Assembly (NCBI RefSeq): GCF_025526975.1
Contig: NW_026515674.1
Coordinates: forward strand, 682,001-746,000
DNA length: 64,000 nucleotides
Origin: Fimicolochytrium jonesii
Lineage: Eukaryota
Direction: 5' to 3'
Position numbers and translations under genes: made by a program. How positions within the stretch are numbered: the first letter of the stretch is position 1; each line of letters starts with the position of its first letter. The notes beneath the pieces are model-generated. The model was not told the DNA's origin, made no database searches, and saw nothing but the letters and a program-made list of their open reading frames with translations. Below, in pieces: positions 51,686 through 64,000 of this stretch.

Positions 51686-51935
51686 ACCGGCACACCTACC
51701 TGCACAACGCCAGGAACCGTGCATACTATCATCGCCGGTCAAAGAGGTCTCACATTCACTCCTTCGCGCTCACCATCAAGCAAGGCGGCACATCGTCCTT
51801 CCCGGCAGCAGGCACAACGTCAAGCAGACCGTAGACCGGCACATCTACCGGCGCAACGTCAGCAACCGTGCACACAATCATCGCCGGCCAAGGAGGTCTC
51901 ACATCCACCCGGCCACGCTCACCATCAAGCAAGGC
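51686..51935 (+). pseudogene. Duplicated, frameshifted cupredoxin-like N-terminal fragments with Thr-rich linkers
   Basis: Two ~100-bp copies (period 149) encode TVHTIIAGQ(R/G)GLT(F/S)T followed, in another frame, by LTIKQG. This resembles the HTVxVG..GLxFxP..LxIxxGD start of cupredoxin domains. Confidence 0.4.
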
Positions 51936-54900
51936 TGCTCTTGCCTGCTTGCTTAACTTTCCAGCTGACCCAGCCGACAACCACCAGCGCCGGGGAGTCC
52001 ATAATGAAGGACTCCCTCACCCAAACAGGGTTCCAATGCAACTGGGCGGACCGGGCAAAGAGGGGTCTCGAGCCCCGTTTTGCGTATATATATGGGCGCA
52101 CTGGCGAACTACGGCGGGTTCTCAATGGTGGATAGTCTGACGCGTCGTTGACACTCCGCTGGAAAGCTTCGTTGCCTAATCAATGATAGGGCTGATTCAG
52201 GGACGAAACAAGTTACCATGGTTGGGAATTGTACATAGGGGTCGTTCGAGGATGCCATTGTGCGGAGGTAATAGGGGTCACCATACGCCAACGGTACGCG
52301 GAGCGGCGGAGGAGATGCGCCGGGCCTGGTTAGTGGAGCCTTTCGAGTATGCACGACGGCAGCGGGGGATGATGGCACTCAAACGCTTCTTCACTGGGTT
52401 AACTATGTATTTAGCTGGCCGTGAACAAGAGATGGGAGATATGGTTGCTCACAAGCGGAAGAGGCTGCCAGCTCCATCTCGAAAGACGCCATGACACAAG
52501 GAATGCATACGAATGTTCCCGAAGGCATATTATATGTGCAGTAGATACAAATTTTGGCGGAGATGCTTCGACATATGCAACACGAGAGCAGCTGCTGTTA
52601 TGTTACATAAAAGTAGAGGAAGACTAGACCTATATACAGATGTCCCGTCGTCGATCTGAGATCGCTTGGACCACACACACACCGGCCAATAGGAACTCTG
52701 ACGTTTCAAAAAGTTACAGCTCCATACCGCTCTTCCCCCACTTCGCATTCTTTCCCATCCCTGCATTTCGAAGCCTCTGTCCACTCGAGCTATCTACACC
52801 TAACCTGCTCCATCCCACTGCCCACTCTTCCCCACAAGGCGTAATATGGTATCCCTATCCCCAATCGCTCGCCCCTGTCCTCCGTCCCCATCCCAGAATG
52901 GTATTCCGTTATCAAACGGCTACTCTTCTCTCTCCTCCACAGACGGCCGGGGCACGAGAGCATTCCGTCGTGGGCGTGGTAGCGGAATGGCAGGGATATG
53001 GCGGGAGAATTCGATAGGAAGGCAGTGGAAAGGTGTCCATGGTGGTGGTTGTTCGCCGTCGAGCTGTGGTGGGTATAATGGGGTGAAACTACCGGCGGCC
53101 GCGGAAGTGGCCGCAGATGTTACTGGAGGTGGTGGGGGACGGGGACGGAGGAAGGCGGGCATGATACTTTGAAATGAAGTTTGCGGATTGAGTAGGGTTA
53201 AACTCCTCGGCTTGATACGTCTAAGAATGATTGCAGCGGCTCGACTCCGCTTGAGTGATTAGCTGTCCGTTGCAGTCAAAGCCAAGCGTATATATGTATG
53301 TACGTATGTAGATCAGACCGCCTTGTTTCCCCTGCTTCAGTTGCGCACCACAATTCCGGCCGCTGCTCTGAGCCTCCGAAAGATATAAGCGAGACGATGC
53401 AGGAGCCGAAAGAGTAGGCTCACGAACCATAGCTGCCCAAGTCGAAATTTTGGCAGCAGAAGATGGCGCTGGGGTGACAATTCATTTCCCCTGGCCGTTC
53501 ACTCACGTGATGTACATTAAACCGTTGCGTAAGCAAACGGAGTTTCTCGAGCGCGACCATTCTTTTGCTTCCAGAACAGTGAGATATGGTGGAAGTACAC
53601 GACCATACCCTTGACCGCAGCAGTGACGCAATTGCCTACGAGTTGGCGTGTGGAGTGGCAAGTTTGGCTGGTTTGTCCGGGTTGTCTGTCTTCCTGCTCC
53701 ATTGCGACAGCGGGATGGCGGAGTCGTGAACAAAGCACGATGAGAATCGGACAGGAAAGACGATAATGCCGTCGGAGCTACGTACTGTACATGGACTTTG
53801 GGAGCTAGGAGGGATACATCAGCATGTTCTAGTAGCAACCAGTGAGCTTCCATGCCTGATGTCATCGACGGCTGCGAAATGCCGGCGGAGGACGCGGGAT
53901 ACGATTATTTGTCCCCTTCGGTGTCTATAAGCCCCCTTCGTTTCTCTGGTTGTCTGGTTTGTCCCCATGGCTCGGTCGATCCAAACCTTCACCTTTTAGC
54001 TCTGACATTCAATCATAAAAACAGAAGCGTGGATCTTGGGGCCTCCTATTTTTCTGATGAAGGGAGCGGTCCGTGGACGTCCTTTGAAGGTCTGCACTCT
54101 AAAATGAGTCTAAAAGGGGTTCGGCCATCCCGAGACAAGCTCTTGGTCTCGTCCGTAATCACCTTTTCAAATGAAGATGCGCTTATGCAAGACAAGGTTC
54201 TCCCGGGAAAGTCAGCAGAAGATGACGATGACGTTCCTGGATGAGGGACAGCCAGGACGAGAAGAGGGCTATGCTTGTTTGGGTGCGCTGATCTGCGAGG
54301 GGTGGTGAAGCAAGGGTGCATTCGCATCGATCCCACCTGTAGCTTCTGTATGAACTTGTGGCGCGGTTCAAGGAGTATATAAAAGCAGAGTGGCAATATG
54401 TAGTCCTCCAACGCCACTCGTTACCTTGCCTGTAGGAATCTCCGACCTCTCTTGACCTGCCGTCGACCTCCGAGCGTTACATCACAAACCCAACAAATCC
54501 GACCGGTGCGAGGATTGACAGAAGTTTTTTCGTTGCAAAAAGGTAGCATATATGCCTTTGGTTTACGGATCTGCGGTGAATGGGATAGCAGCTTAACGAC
54601 GGGAACAGCAAGCCCGAACGAGAGCGGGCGAGACAATACGAAGGAAGGCGGAGTTGCGAGGCCGTACGCGTCTGTCTGCGAGTCCTGGTCATTCAGCCGT
54701 TCAGCGGCGCCGCGTAACCCTCACAAACGTCTCCGCCTCACACTCCAGCAGTCGCCCTTCACACGCCTTCGCCCTCCGAACCCCCTTCAGGGCCCAACCC
54801 TGTTCAAAGCATCCCCTCAGCCTTGACTCTTTGTGAAAACGCTCATAGTTCAGCGGACGCCGATACCCAGGGGACCGACCCATCGCAGCGAAGGTGCGGA

Positions 54901-55531
54901 TATACTGTACAGTTTATCAGTGGCGATTCACCCGCCATATCGCTGACGAACCTTGTCGCCGCTTGCAGGCTGCAGTCGTTCTTGTGAAAGGCGTAGGCTG
55001 TTGCAGGGAGAACAGCTCTGGAAACGAGGGAGGCCCATCTTTGGCCAAAGACTACACGCCGAAAACAGCAAAGTATACGGCCGACTAGCTGTTCCTGCTG
55101 GATCTTGTGCCCCGAACAATAGCACACATACCTATACCTAAGAATAGGCAACAAACGGCCAGACAAAGACGTCTCCTTGCGAACCTCGACCGCCCAACCT
55201 TACCTTCGAGGCCCGGCATAGAAACCGTAGTTGCAGGCGCAATATAGTGAAGGCGGCTTAGAGCCGCAAGTGCGGGACACTCAATCACCGACATCGTTAC
55301 CCAGCAAGCCGCGTTGGGAGCGAAGGCAGTATAAAGCCAGCGTGCGAACCAGCCCGTCCCCACTTCCATTCGCCTCACTGCGGACCCATCGACCAATAAA
55401 CCGACAGCAGTCAAGAGCCATCTGTATTCTACGACGCGCACTCTATTTCTATTATATACCTCGGTTGTCTCTTAACCATGTTGTACGTGGCGACCTCCGT
55501 ACCTGCTGGTGGATTACCGCTGCGCGTTGTC

Positions 55532-57029
55532 ATGAGCGAACAGGATTTGATGGTGAGTGATGCGGCGTGGTGTGATGTGTCGGTGCGGTTGGGATATGGA
55601 TGAAAATGGGAGGAACGTGCGATTAAGGGAACGAGGAGACCGAATGATGCATTGCGACTGTGATGGGTGTTGAAGATCGCTAGGCATCAATTCCAGGAAA
55701 GTTTTCACTGATGTGTCCCCGTCTGGTCTTGTCTCCTCCTAGGCCGCAGAGTTGAAATGGCTCATGGAGACTCAAGCGCCGCCACTCATAACCGAGATCG
55801 TGTCCATCATCAACGTACGTGGCGCCCGCCGTATTGCATGCAAATTGGGGACGATCGGAGGTCTCACGTCATGCTATCTTTTGCTGTTCGCGTTGGCAGA
55901 CCGGGCTGAGCTGTAGTCTTGGATCGCAGGAGCCAAGTGAGTTCAGAGACAATTGGCTGCCATCCTTCTACCGTTATTGCTCTTTCTGACCGAGTTTCTC
56001 TTGACGCAGCACCACCCTCGCAACCAGTCAATCCACCAGCAACATTAGCGATCACATCAGCAAAGTACGTCGATACCTCGCAAGCCGCGACACCCCTCCA
56101 CAAATGTGTTACTAACATCCTCATCATCGTCTGTAGCAGTGACCTCGTGAAAGGATTTCTCACGATCGATGGGGCGTCGGTCATCAAAGGCGTAAGTGGC
56201 CTCATGCCACCCGAAGTCCGCCCAACGAACAAACGCTCATATCACCATTCCCATCTCTCTACAGGATCTCACCCTCAAACTCCCGCACTACAACCGCGGC
56301 AACGCCGTGAAAGTCACCATCAACCCCGCACGTCCCACCTTCCTCCGTCAAGTATCCTCCGCGCGCAACCACCTCATCGCATCGCTGGACATCATTCTGC
56401 AGCTCGCGGAAGTTCGGCATGTCAAGCGCGAGAAGCTGCATTCGGCACTGAGGCGTGTGAGCAAGCATATGAAGAGCGCAAAGGCTGGGCTGTGCCGTGT
56501 GGCTGACGCGGATATCTTTCCTGTTAGGGAAGGGGATGCGACGGTATGTTCCTGTGCCGTTTGCGTCCCGTGTGACCTGCTGCTGTGCCATGCTTATACA
56601 TCGCACTTATCCTCTTGATTCCTCAGGCATTTGCACCAGATCTCCCCGAAGACCTCGTGGTAGACCTGCACGTGATGCAATCCAATGTGGTTGTCTCCAT
56701 CTACGCGCTCAACTACCACCAGTCCGGCATACCACTTCAGATACAAAGCAAGATCCTTGGCAAGTTCAGGAACTTGAAGCTCGAGTACGTGTCCCGCATC
56801 GTCCTATTGCGTTTGGGTTCGTCATGGCCTTTGTCTGATCTTTTGCCTTATCCCTTATAGCACGTATAAAGGCAAACCAGTTGAGATTCTAGACACCGTC
56901 ACCGTCGAATCAGCATCTCCACGCCTCGCTACCCTCATCCGCTCCATCGACACAGTCGAAGGTCTCTGCGATCAGCTGATACTCAAGCTCAACGTGTTCA
57001 GGAAGTCGGCTGCGGTGATGGCCAAATGA
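55532..57029 (+). CDS. ROGDI: Rogdi/Rav2 family protein (RAVE complex, V-ATPase assembly), multi-exon
   Basis: MSEQDLM|AAELKWL, LVKGFLTIDGASVIKG|DLTLKLP, LRQVSSARNHL, FAPDLPEDLVVDLHV...VVSIYAL and VEILDTVTVES.SP.L. Confidence 0.8.
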
Positions 57030-57498
57030 GTGCCGCCGATCTTTGCGTGGTTACATTTTTTTGGAACAGCCCTTTCATTGTATCTTGAGATCAAGCGCTG
57101 CAGAATCAGAACAGTCATGATTTGCGTACCACAATACATACATACATACATAGACCGTGATAACAAAATAACATATAGATGCAGCAGACCAGCCTCCTGG
57201 GAGACAGATAGAAACAGAACAGGGTATCTGCGCACCTCATAGAGTACAACGCGCTACAGTATACTACCTACGACGACACGACATCGGGGAGGGATACCCA
57301 GGATGTACGCGGAGGGAGGATGGGATCCAGCTATTTCATATAGGTAAAAAGGAGGCGGGTACGGGATGTGCATATACGCCGTGTGACTTCCAAAACTCTT
57401 CACGACGTCATATCTTGACACACATTTCCACGCGAAATATACACCCATCCCTTCCATCAAGTTGATGTACCTCCACTCCAGATGGCCTGACAGACTCC

Positions 57499-60199
57499 TC
57501 AGATCCCAATCCCACTCCAAAAGGGTACAAAGCCCGGCACATCGACCAGCACGCGGCGGCCGTCCGGCGTGCCATGCAGCAGGCGGCCAATATCTAGCGA
57601 CGCCGGTTGTTGGTGACTGTTGTGATGGTTGTGGTGATGTGTCGTCGGCGGGGTCGGTGTGGATGGTGTGGATGGTGTAGTAGCAGATGTGTCATGTATG
57701 GTGGCAGGACGGGAAGTCGGTGTGGTGAACACGCCGTCCGGCGTAATAAGAGCGGGAGTGATGACTGGCGTAACCGGGGTTCCTCCATTACCATTCATCT
57801 GCGACGGCTGTGACGACGAGGATGTCGGCACCGCTTCGACACCACCGCTAATCTCACACCTGATAGCCGCCACGTCGCCACAGCCGACCATGTTGATGAC
57901 ACCAATGGACGCGCGGCACTTGTCGATGATTTCAAACACGGCGGTCGCGGTGATGTTTTGGCAGTAGGAGAGGTTGATGTGGCGAAGTTTTGTGGTCGGG
58001 TGGCGGACGAAGGTGGGAGTCAGGCTGGTGCACATGATTTGATGGGTAGTGCTCGACGCTGTTGGTTGCGATGATGGGGATGTTTCGTGTTGACGCAGGA
58101 AGGGAGGTGGTGGAAAGGAGGGCGGCGGCGGGAGGGGAAGAAGGGTAGTAGCTGCACTGGGCGAGCTTGGCGAAACGGCTCTCCGTACTGCACCGCTGAA
58201 CTTGACCGTAGCAGGCTGCATGCCAGCATTCGATATAGACGCCGTCAGTCCACGGACGAGCCAGACGACACCGGCGTCACCCACACCATAGCATCCACTC
58301 AAATCGATCCACTCCAGCTCGGTGCACCACCGTCCAACCTCGCGGATGCAGAAATCTGTGACGGCCGAGTTCCAGCCCAGTCCTAAGCGTTTCAGCTTCC
58401 TGCACTCGGTCGCGATCTTGATCACACAGATCTCGCTGCGGCCACCGCCGGCCAGATTCAGGTTCAGAAGGGACTTTAGATGGTGTGCGCAGCGCTGCAG
58501 GGCAAAGTTCGAAACGCCCTTGCAAAAACCGAGGTCCAGGGTCGTGAGGTTCAACGATGGGAGGCTCACGAGACGAACGAGGAGCGGGGAAAGGCGGTGT
58601 GCGTACCGGTGAGGTTCAGAGAGCGTTTGACTGAGTGAAAGGTGCTGGATCAAGTCCGGGTATAAAGTGGTCGACGTCACCCGCGTTTCCAAATTGTCGG
58701 AGCCGCCTGCTTTCGGCTGCTCCAGCTGGCTGTGGGCCTTGTCGGCCGTCTCGGCGACGCACACAAGTTTCTCGAATCTGGCAGCGTCAAAGACGAGCGG
58801 ACGCCGCCAGAGAACACAGGTAGCAAGACGGTTCCACCACCGGCACACCATTGCACATTCTCTGAGAGCTGCTACAGTCGATGCTGGCGACAGGAAGGCT
58901 GACGTGGAATCGCGCGACGTCGGATCAAAGTAACTGAAAATCTGGAAGAGGACCTCCGCTGGTAAGGTGCCTGCGAGAGATCGCTTTCGTCGCAGCTCTT
59001 CATGACCAGTGGTCTCAGAAGCTGTCCAACCGTCAACATCCATCCGTCCCTGATCCTTCACGTGTCTATACGATATGGAGACAGTGGAAGCATCTGCGTT
59101 CGCTGGCCCGTCGAGAACCTGCTCGACGTCGTCATCCACCAACATAGCCCCGTCCTCAATCCACATGGCATTCTGCGTAAGCTCATCGATGAGGTCGCCT
59201 ACATCCATTTGATGATGTTCCTCGGTTTCGTAGGCATCATTAGCAATCACCTCCGCGGCAAGTGCTGATGCCAAGGGAACCTCTGCTTCCGTTTGCAGAG
59301 CAGTTTCCGACGGTAAGGAGACACAGTACAAGCCGGCATCAGGAGATCGTGTCATCCACGATGTCCTCTTCGAGGAAGTGGGTGGCCACACATGCTCCTG
59401 CGGTTGCCCGGGAACAAACATGCTCTGACGGTGCAGTGCATTCTGTTGCAGCGACTGGCTGGAGTTCATTCCCTTGTTCACGGAAGTCGTGTTCGAACTT
59501 CCAAAGGAGACGGATGAAGATTCGTGAGGGCTGTTGACGAACATGTGTGCGACATCAAAGACTCTCGCCTCGGCTGGATCTTCCACCATATCTGTATCGC
59601 ACGTGTCCTGCGTAGATTCAAGGTCCAGCGCCGAATGAAGCTGTGATTGATGGTTATTCGGCTGAGAAGTTTGCGGGGCAGTGGTCCGAGCAAATGCCAA
59701 AGAATCTGTGTCCATGTTGACATCTTGTGACAGACACGATGAGGAATTCGAAGCCGAGAGCGATGCATGCGTCTGGGAAGTTTTGCCCTGCAAGGTGATC
59801 ATATGGAAGATAGAAATTCAATATCGGGACAAATGATAAGAGTGATCGACTAGAACTCACCTCGACGAAGCTTCGTAACCGCGGTAAGCCCGTAGCCAGG
59901 GCTTGCAGAAGCGCCTGGGAGCGTGGGGCCGGCGAGGTAGATCGTGCGACTGGCCGTCCTTTTGCCGTTCGTAGGGGTGAAAAACCAGCGGACGCCGCCC
60001 GCGGCGCTAGCCCCATTGGAGTTGCAGAGTGCTTGTCGTGCTGGCTGCCAGCAGCCGTCCCATTCGCTTTCCCAGCCCCTGCTGTGAGACCCATGTCGAT
60101 AGAAGGGTCAGTCCACGACGGTGCATCTCCGGCTGGCTGATCCGCGTGCTGGCCGAGGTCCATCACCTCGTTGTCAGATGCGCTTTCCAGTCCATCCAT
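57499..60199 (-). CDS. F-box/leucine-rich-repeat protein with long disordered N-terminus
   Basis: F-box LPAEVLFQIFSYF...CAMVCRWWNRLA..LW; Cys-containing LRRs (LDLGFCKGVSN, LGLGWNSAVTD, IDLSGCYGVGD, INLSYCQNIT); intron at about 59793-59860. Confidence 0.85.
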
Positions 60200-62133
60200 T
60201 ATTCAGCTACTGGTTGTGAAGTTGTTGCAAAGCGCTAGGGCGTAAACGTTCGTCCGCTATACTGACAAGGTGACCCACTCCGCGAACCAAGCTATGGTAG
60301 GGAGGCACCTACAATACCGGTCCGGCAGGCTGATGGACCAACGTTTTCCCACGACCCTAAAGACCCTGATTCGACTGCACAGTATTGTCCGTGGGAAGCT
60401 GCGATGGAGTCCGGGCGGCGGCTTTCGTTTCTCCAAGCGGTTGCCTCTACGAGCGGGTGCAGGCGGGAGTGTGGGCCGCGAGACAACGAGGAGGTTGCAC
60501 TTCAGAGGCCGCAAGCGATAAAGGACCGAGAAGGACTGCGAGGATAACGTCCCGTGGGCATGTATGTCCTGTTGGTTTTCACGGCGGACTGTTGTGCGCC
60601 TGCGTGAAACGGCTTGCAAGTGATTGCCCCTGTGAGCGCACAACCTCCTCCGTTCCATTCCTCCTATCGCTCTCCGCAATAATGCGTTTAAGGGGGCTTA
60701 TCCAGACGTTTAAGTCACCACCGGCACAGCACAAATCATCACCCGCGCAGCGCAACTTTCGCGTTTCCATGGGACGAACCCGCGGAGGCACTCGTTATAA
60801 TACGTAATTAACAATTAGAGTATGTGTGTTTAAGGGGAGCGTGGATAGCAAACACGGGTATAATTATAATACACGTAGCGTCGTTAGCAACTACCTATAA
60901 TTAATATCACGACGCGTTCCTGTCAGGGGGAAAACGATACTAAAAACGACAACGCGGAGGACATCCTGTCAAATGTCCCAAATGCGGACGCGCCCATCCC
61001 GCTTCATTCCCGTCCCTCGCGCCCAATTGGGCAATCGCTCAGAAAATTCAAATTTGCCCCGCTCTTCACCACAGCCCTGCTGAGCTATCTCCAAATCACC
61101 CGACTCTCGTCTTGACATGCACTGTAGAACCACATTTGGCTTAGGAAAGGTTTTGAACGCATTGTTCAAGACTCAAACCCCGTGTCTGCTGCATTTGGGA
61201 CATTTTCGACGATGTTTCGAGCCAAGCAATCCATACCTTGCCATTCGAACCCTTATAGATACGCAGGTTTGCGAACATGAACGGTATGCAGATCGACAAT
61301 CGTTTTTCGAGACTCAAGCGGGTCCCGTCTACTCTCAACTTCGCTTGCGCGACCCGTTCCAAGCTAATCTGAATGAGCTGCCTGGTCACTGGAAAGTGAG
61401 GACCACGGCAAGTCAGGCGCGCCGGACGTTTGTTCCTGTGCATCCTGGAATGCCTCAGTATGACACTAAATCCTGCTCATTCAGGCTCTGTTCAGGATGG
61501 GAGAACACTTTACTCGTATACGCAAGTTTGGCAACTGCAATGAGCTTCAAGCGACTGGGTACAAGAACTTGACATGCTGTCAGTTTCGTGCGCGAGCTTC
61601 AGGAAATTCTAACGATCACGTGGTTTCTTCTGGCGGTTGGCGAAGCTATAAAAGCCCGGCGGTGTTTTTTTCAATCCTCGACATTCCTTGTGCAATTCTG
61701 CTTTTCCGACCCCGCCTTCTTCACAGCGCCAGCACAGAATGTGGATCCGCAGCCATGCCGGTCACCCTATTTCAGGGACGGTCCCCATTCTCTGTTTGTC
61801 TGTGATTTGTCTGTGAGAGTCGCATCCTCATTCCCAAGCAAGTGAAATCATACACAGACTTAAAATCATATCCGCGAAAGTGATGAGCTCAAGAGATTAA
61901 AAAATCATAGGAAGAGCCGTCTGATCCTCGTGATCGATAGCATTCTCTCTGATACCTGCGGATGTGTATTTCTGTGTGCCTGTATGTGCCGAAGGGGGCA
62001 CCATTGTCCTCGAGCTCCAGCAGTTACGTATGATTTGAGGCCCCAATGTTGTCATACTCCGCTGAGGGGGTAGTTTCCTGTCGGACGCTTTGCGGTGTTA
62101 TGAACTAGCAGGCGGTATGATATTTGGCAAAGT

Positions 62134-62182
62134 CGGCGTAGATTTCAAGACAGGACGGTACGGCGTAGATTTCAAGACAGGA
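62134..62182 (+). repeat. Short tandem duplication
   Basis: CGGCGTAGATTTCAAGACAGGA at 62134-62155 and 62161-62182. Confidence 0.9.
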
Positions 62183-62417
62183 GCTGTACATAGATGTAGA
62201 CACCACTGTGAGCATTCACAAATCCTATGGCAAGAGTTGAAGGTGATGGAGGGTGATCCTTTGGGGTCATGCGAGCGAGGAGCATGGGCGGTCGTTTATT
62301 ATGATGTGTATTATGCATACATGTGAATGTGACAACAAACCCAACCTACGTCTAAGGGAGTCTGGCTATATATATACGCCTCAAAGAATCCGCTTACGGG
62401 TGGCACACCATGGCAAA

Positions 62418-63501
62418 TCACTTCGGCAACCTCTCATCATCCCAGTTCACAAACAAGCCATTCAACTCCCTCGGCGCGCTCAGCGCCAGCCTCGCCACGG
62501 CGCTCCCAGGCGTCTCCGGCTTCAACAGCTCGCCTCTCTCAAAAAGCCCTACAAACCGCTGCCGACCCTCCTCACCCATCGCCTCCTTGGCATCCTCACT
62601 CCTAATGCGCGCCTGCATCGCCGTGTCAACCACACCCGGTCGGATGGCGATGGATGTCAGCAGCGGCTCTTCAACAGCGACGGACGCAACGAGCATGTTG
62701 GAAGCGGATTTGGCTGCGCTGTAGGCGGACCAGCCGGATGTGGGGCGGACGGCGGCGCCGGAGGAGATGAGGATGAACCTGCTGGATGTCCCGGATAGGG
62801 AAGACGAGGAGGCGGCGGTGCGGAGGTGCGGGATGGCTTCCTGGAGTAGCCGGACGCAGGAGAAGAGGTTGATGTCGAAGCAGCGAACCCAGTCGGTGAT
62901 GGGGGCGTCCACGATGCGGGCGAGGGGGTCTAAGATGCCTGTGGTCGCGAAAAATGAACGGATGTTGCTTTAGTTGGATGTAGCATTCGGTGAAGTCGAG
63001 AGTAGGCCAACAGTTGTTGTTTGTCTGAGAGTATCCTGCAGCTATCCTTATATTGGCAGCTCAAAGATTTCCACGTGGTACCACTCGGCCCAGGCTCCGC
63101 CTGGAAACCTATCATGAAGCAAACATACCACCTCCTCATTACCCATCCACACCCCCGCCGCCTCGAAAACCAAACTCACCAGCATTATGCACAAGCGCAT
63201 CCAACCTCCCAAACGCCGAGATCGCTTCCCCGACAATCATCCCCGCCGCGCGCTCATCGGTCACGTCCACCGCAACATAGCGTAGAGCGTCCGGGTACGT
63301 TTTTACCAACTCCGCTAGGGATGGCGAGGAGGAGGGTTCGGTGGTGGAGCTAGTTTCAGCGGAGTTGGTGGACAGAGGAGTGCGTGCGGTTGCGATAACG
63401 CGGGCGTTGTGCTGCAGGAGGGCGTGGACGATGGCGAGACCGATGCCGCGGGAGGCACCGGTGACGATCACGACTGCGGACGTAGTGGAAGGAGGTGTCA
63501 T
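62418..63501 (-). CDS. Short-chain dehydrogenase/reductase (sepiapterin/benzil reductase-like), one intron
   Basis: VIVTGASRGIG, DVTD, LVHNAG, INLFS, ISSGAA, YSAAK and IRPGVVDTAMQ. Confidence 0.92.
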
Positions 63502-64000
63502 GATGGCTTCGTGGTTGTGTTGGAGATTGAGCTGGGGACCAGGAGGTCGAAGCAAGCTTCGTTATTACGTCCGTTTTCTGGCGACAAGACGCCGAGTGCC
63601 ATTTGCCGAGTTCTCATGTTCTTAAGCGGTTTTTGGTTACAGTACCAACGACGCGGTCTCGGACCTTTGTGTCATTCTTCGCAAATTGACAGGAACCCGT
63701 CACTGGTCGACTTACTGCTTGGGGTGAAGTCAACATACTTCTTGTACATATTTCTGTAGACTCCTCGTACAAGAAAACCTCAGTCGCATCGCAGCTACCA
63801 GCGCAGCTACCAACATCCAATCCGTCCGCACGGAGCAACTCTCGGGTCTGTGAGGAAATGACCTTGCAAAAGCGAGCGTTCAGTGAAGCGGGACGGGCGA
63901 CAAGCAAATCCTTAGCTATGACGGTAGAATCGACGAGGTAATCATATCGGGTGCCTACGGTGTAGCTAATAAGGCGTATAACCCGGACAGAATCATTTCC

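Noticed and set aside
52100..55450. Short ORFs in the gap between ARMC8 and ROGDI
   Set aside because: No recognisable domain or consistent splice pattern; a degraded gene cannot be excluded.
60300..62100. ORFs of 100-150 aa and AT-rich TATAAT-like patches
   Set aside because: No homology recognised; the AT patches fit ordinary promoter or intergenic DNA.

Overview
This is eukaryotic, intron-rich DNA (GT-AG introns, mostly 60-250 nt). The gene set (MOK kinase, EMRE, Integrator subunit INTS6, Rab3GAP catalytic subunit, ZNFX1, plus fungal-type enoyl reductase, Ptc2/3 and Mba1-like genes) points to an early-diverging, probably zoosporic (chytrid-like) fungus; this taxonomic call is an inference. 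About 19 protein-coding loci and one tRNA-Cys gene are recognisable. Exon boundaries were assembled by eye, so they are approximate. Most interesting: (1) an intronless, multiply frameshifted ~2.9 kb locus (27.9-30.9 kb) whose motifs suggest a GIY-YIG-like nuclease fused to a uracil-DNA-glycosylase-like fold, with repeated flanking motifs and tRNA-Cys sequences on either side; (2) a ZNFX1-like RNA helicase/RZ-finger E3 ligase gene with two frameshifts and altered helicase motifs but an intact RZ finger; (3) a fungal EMRE with a C-terminal extension that the ORF track misses; (4) a 197-bp Tc1/mariner-type MITE with perfect 32-bp TIRs. No database searches were possible; family calls rest on recognised motifs.
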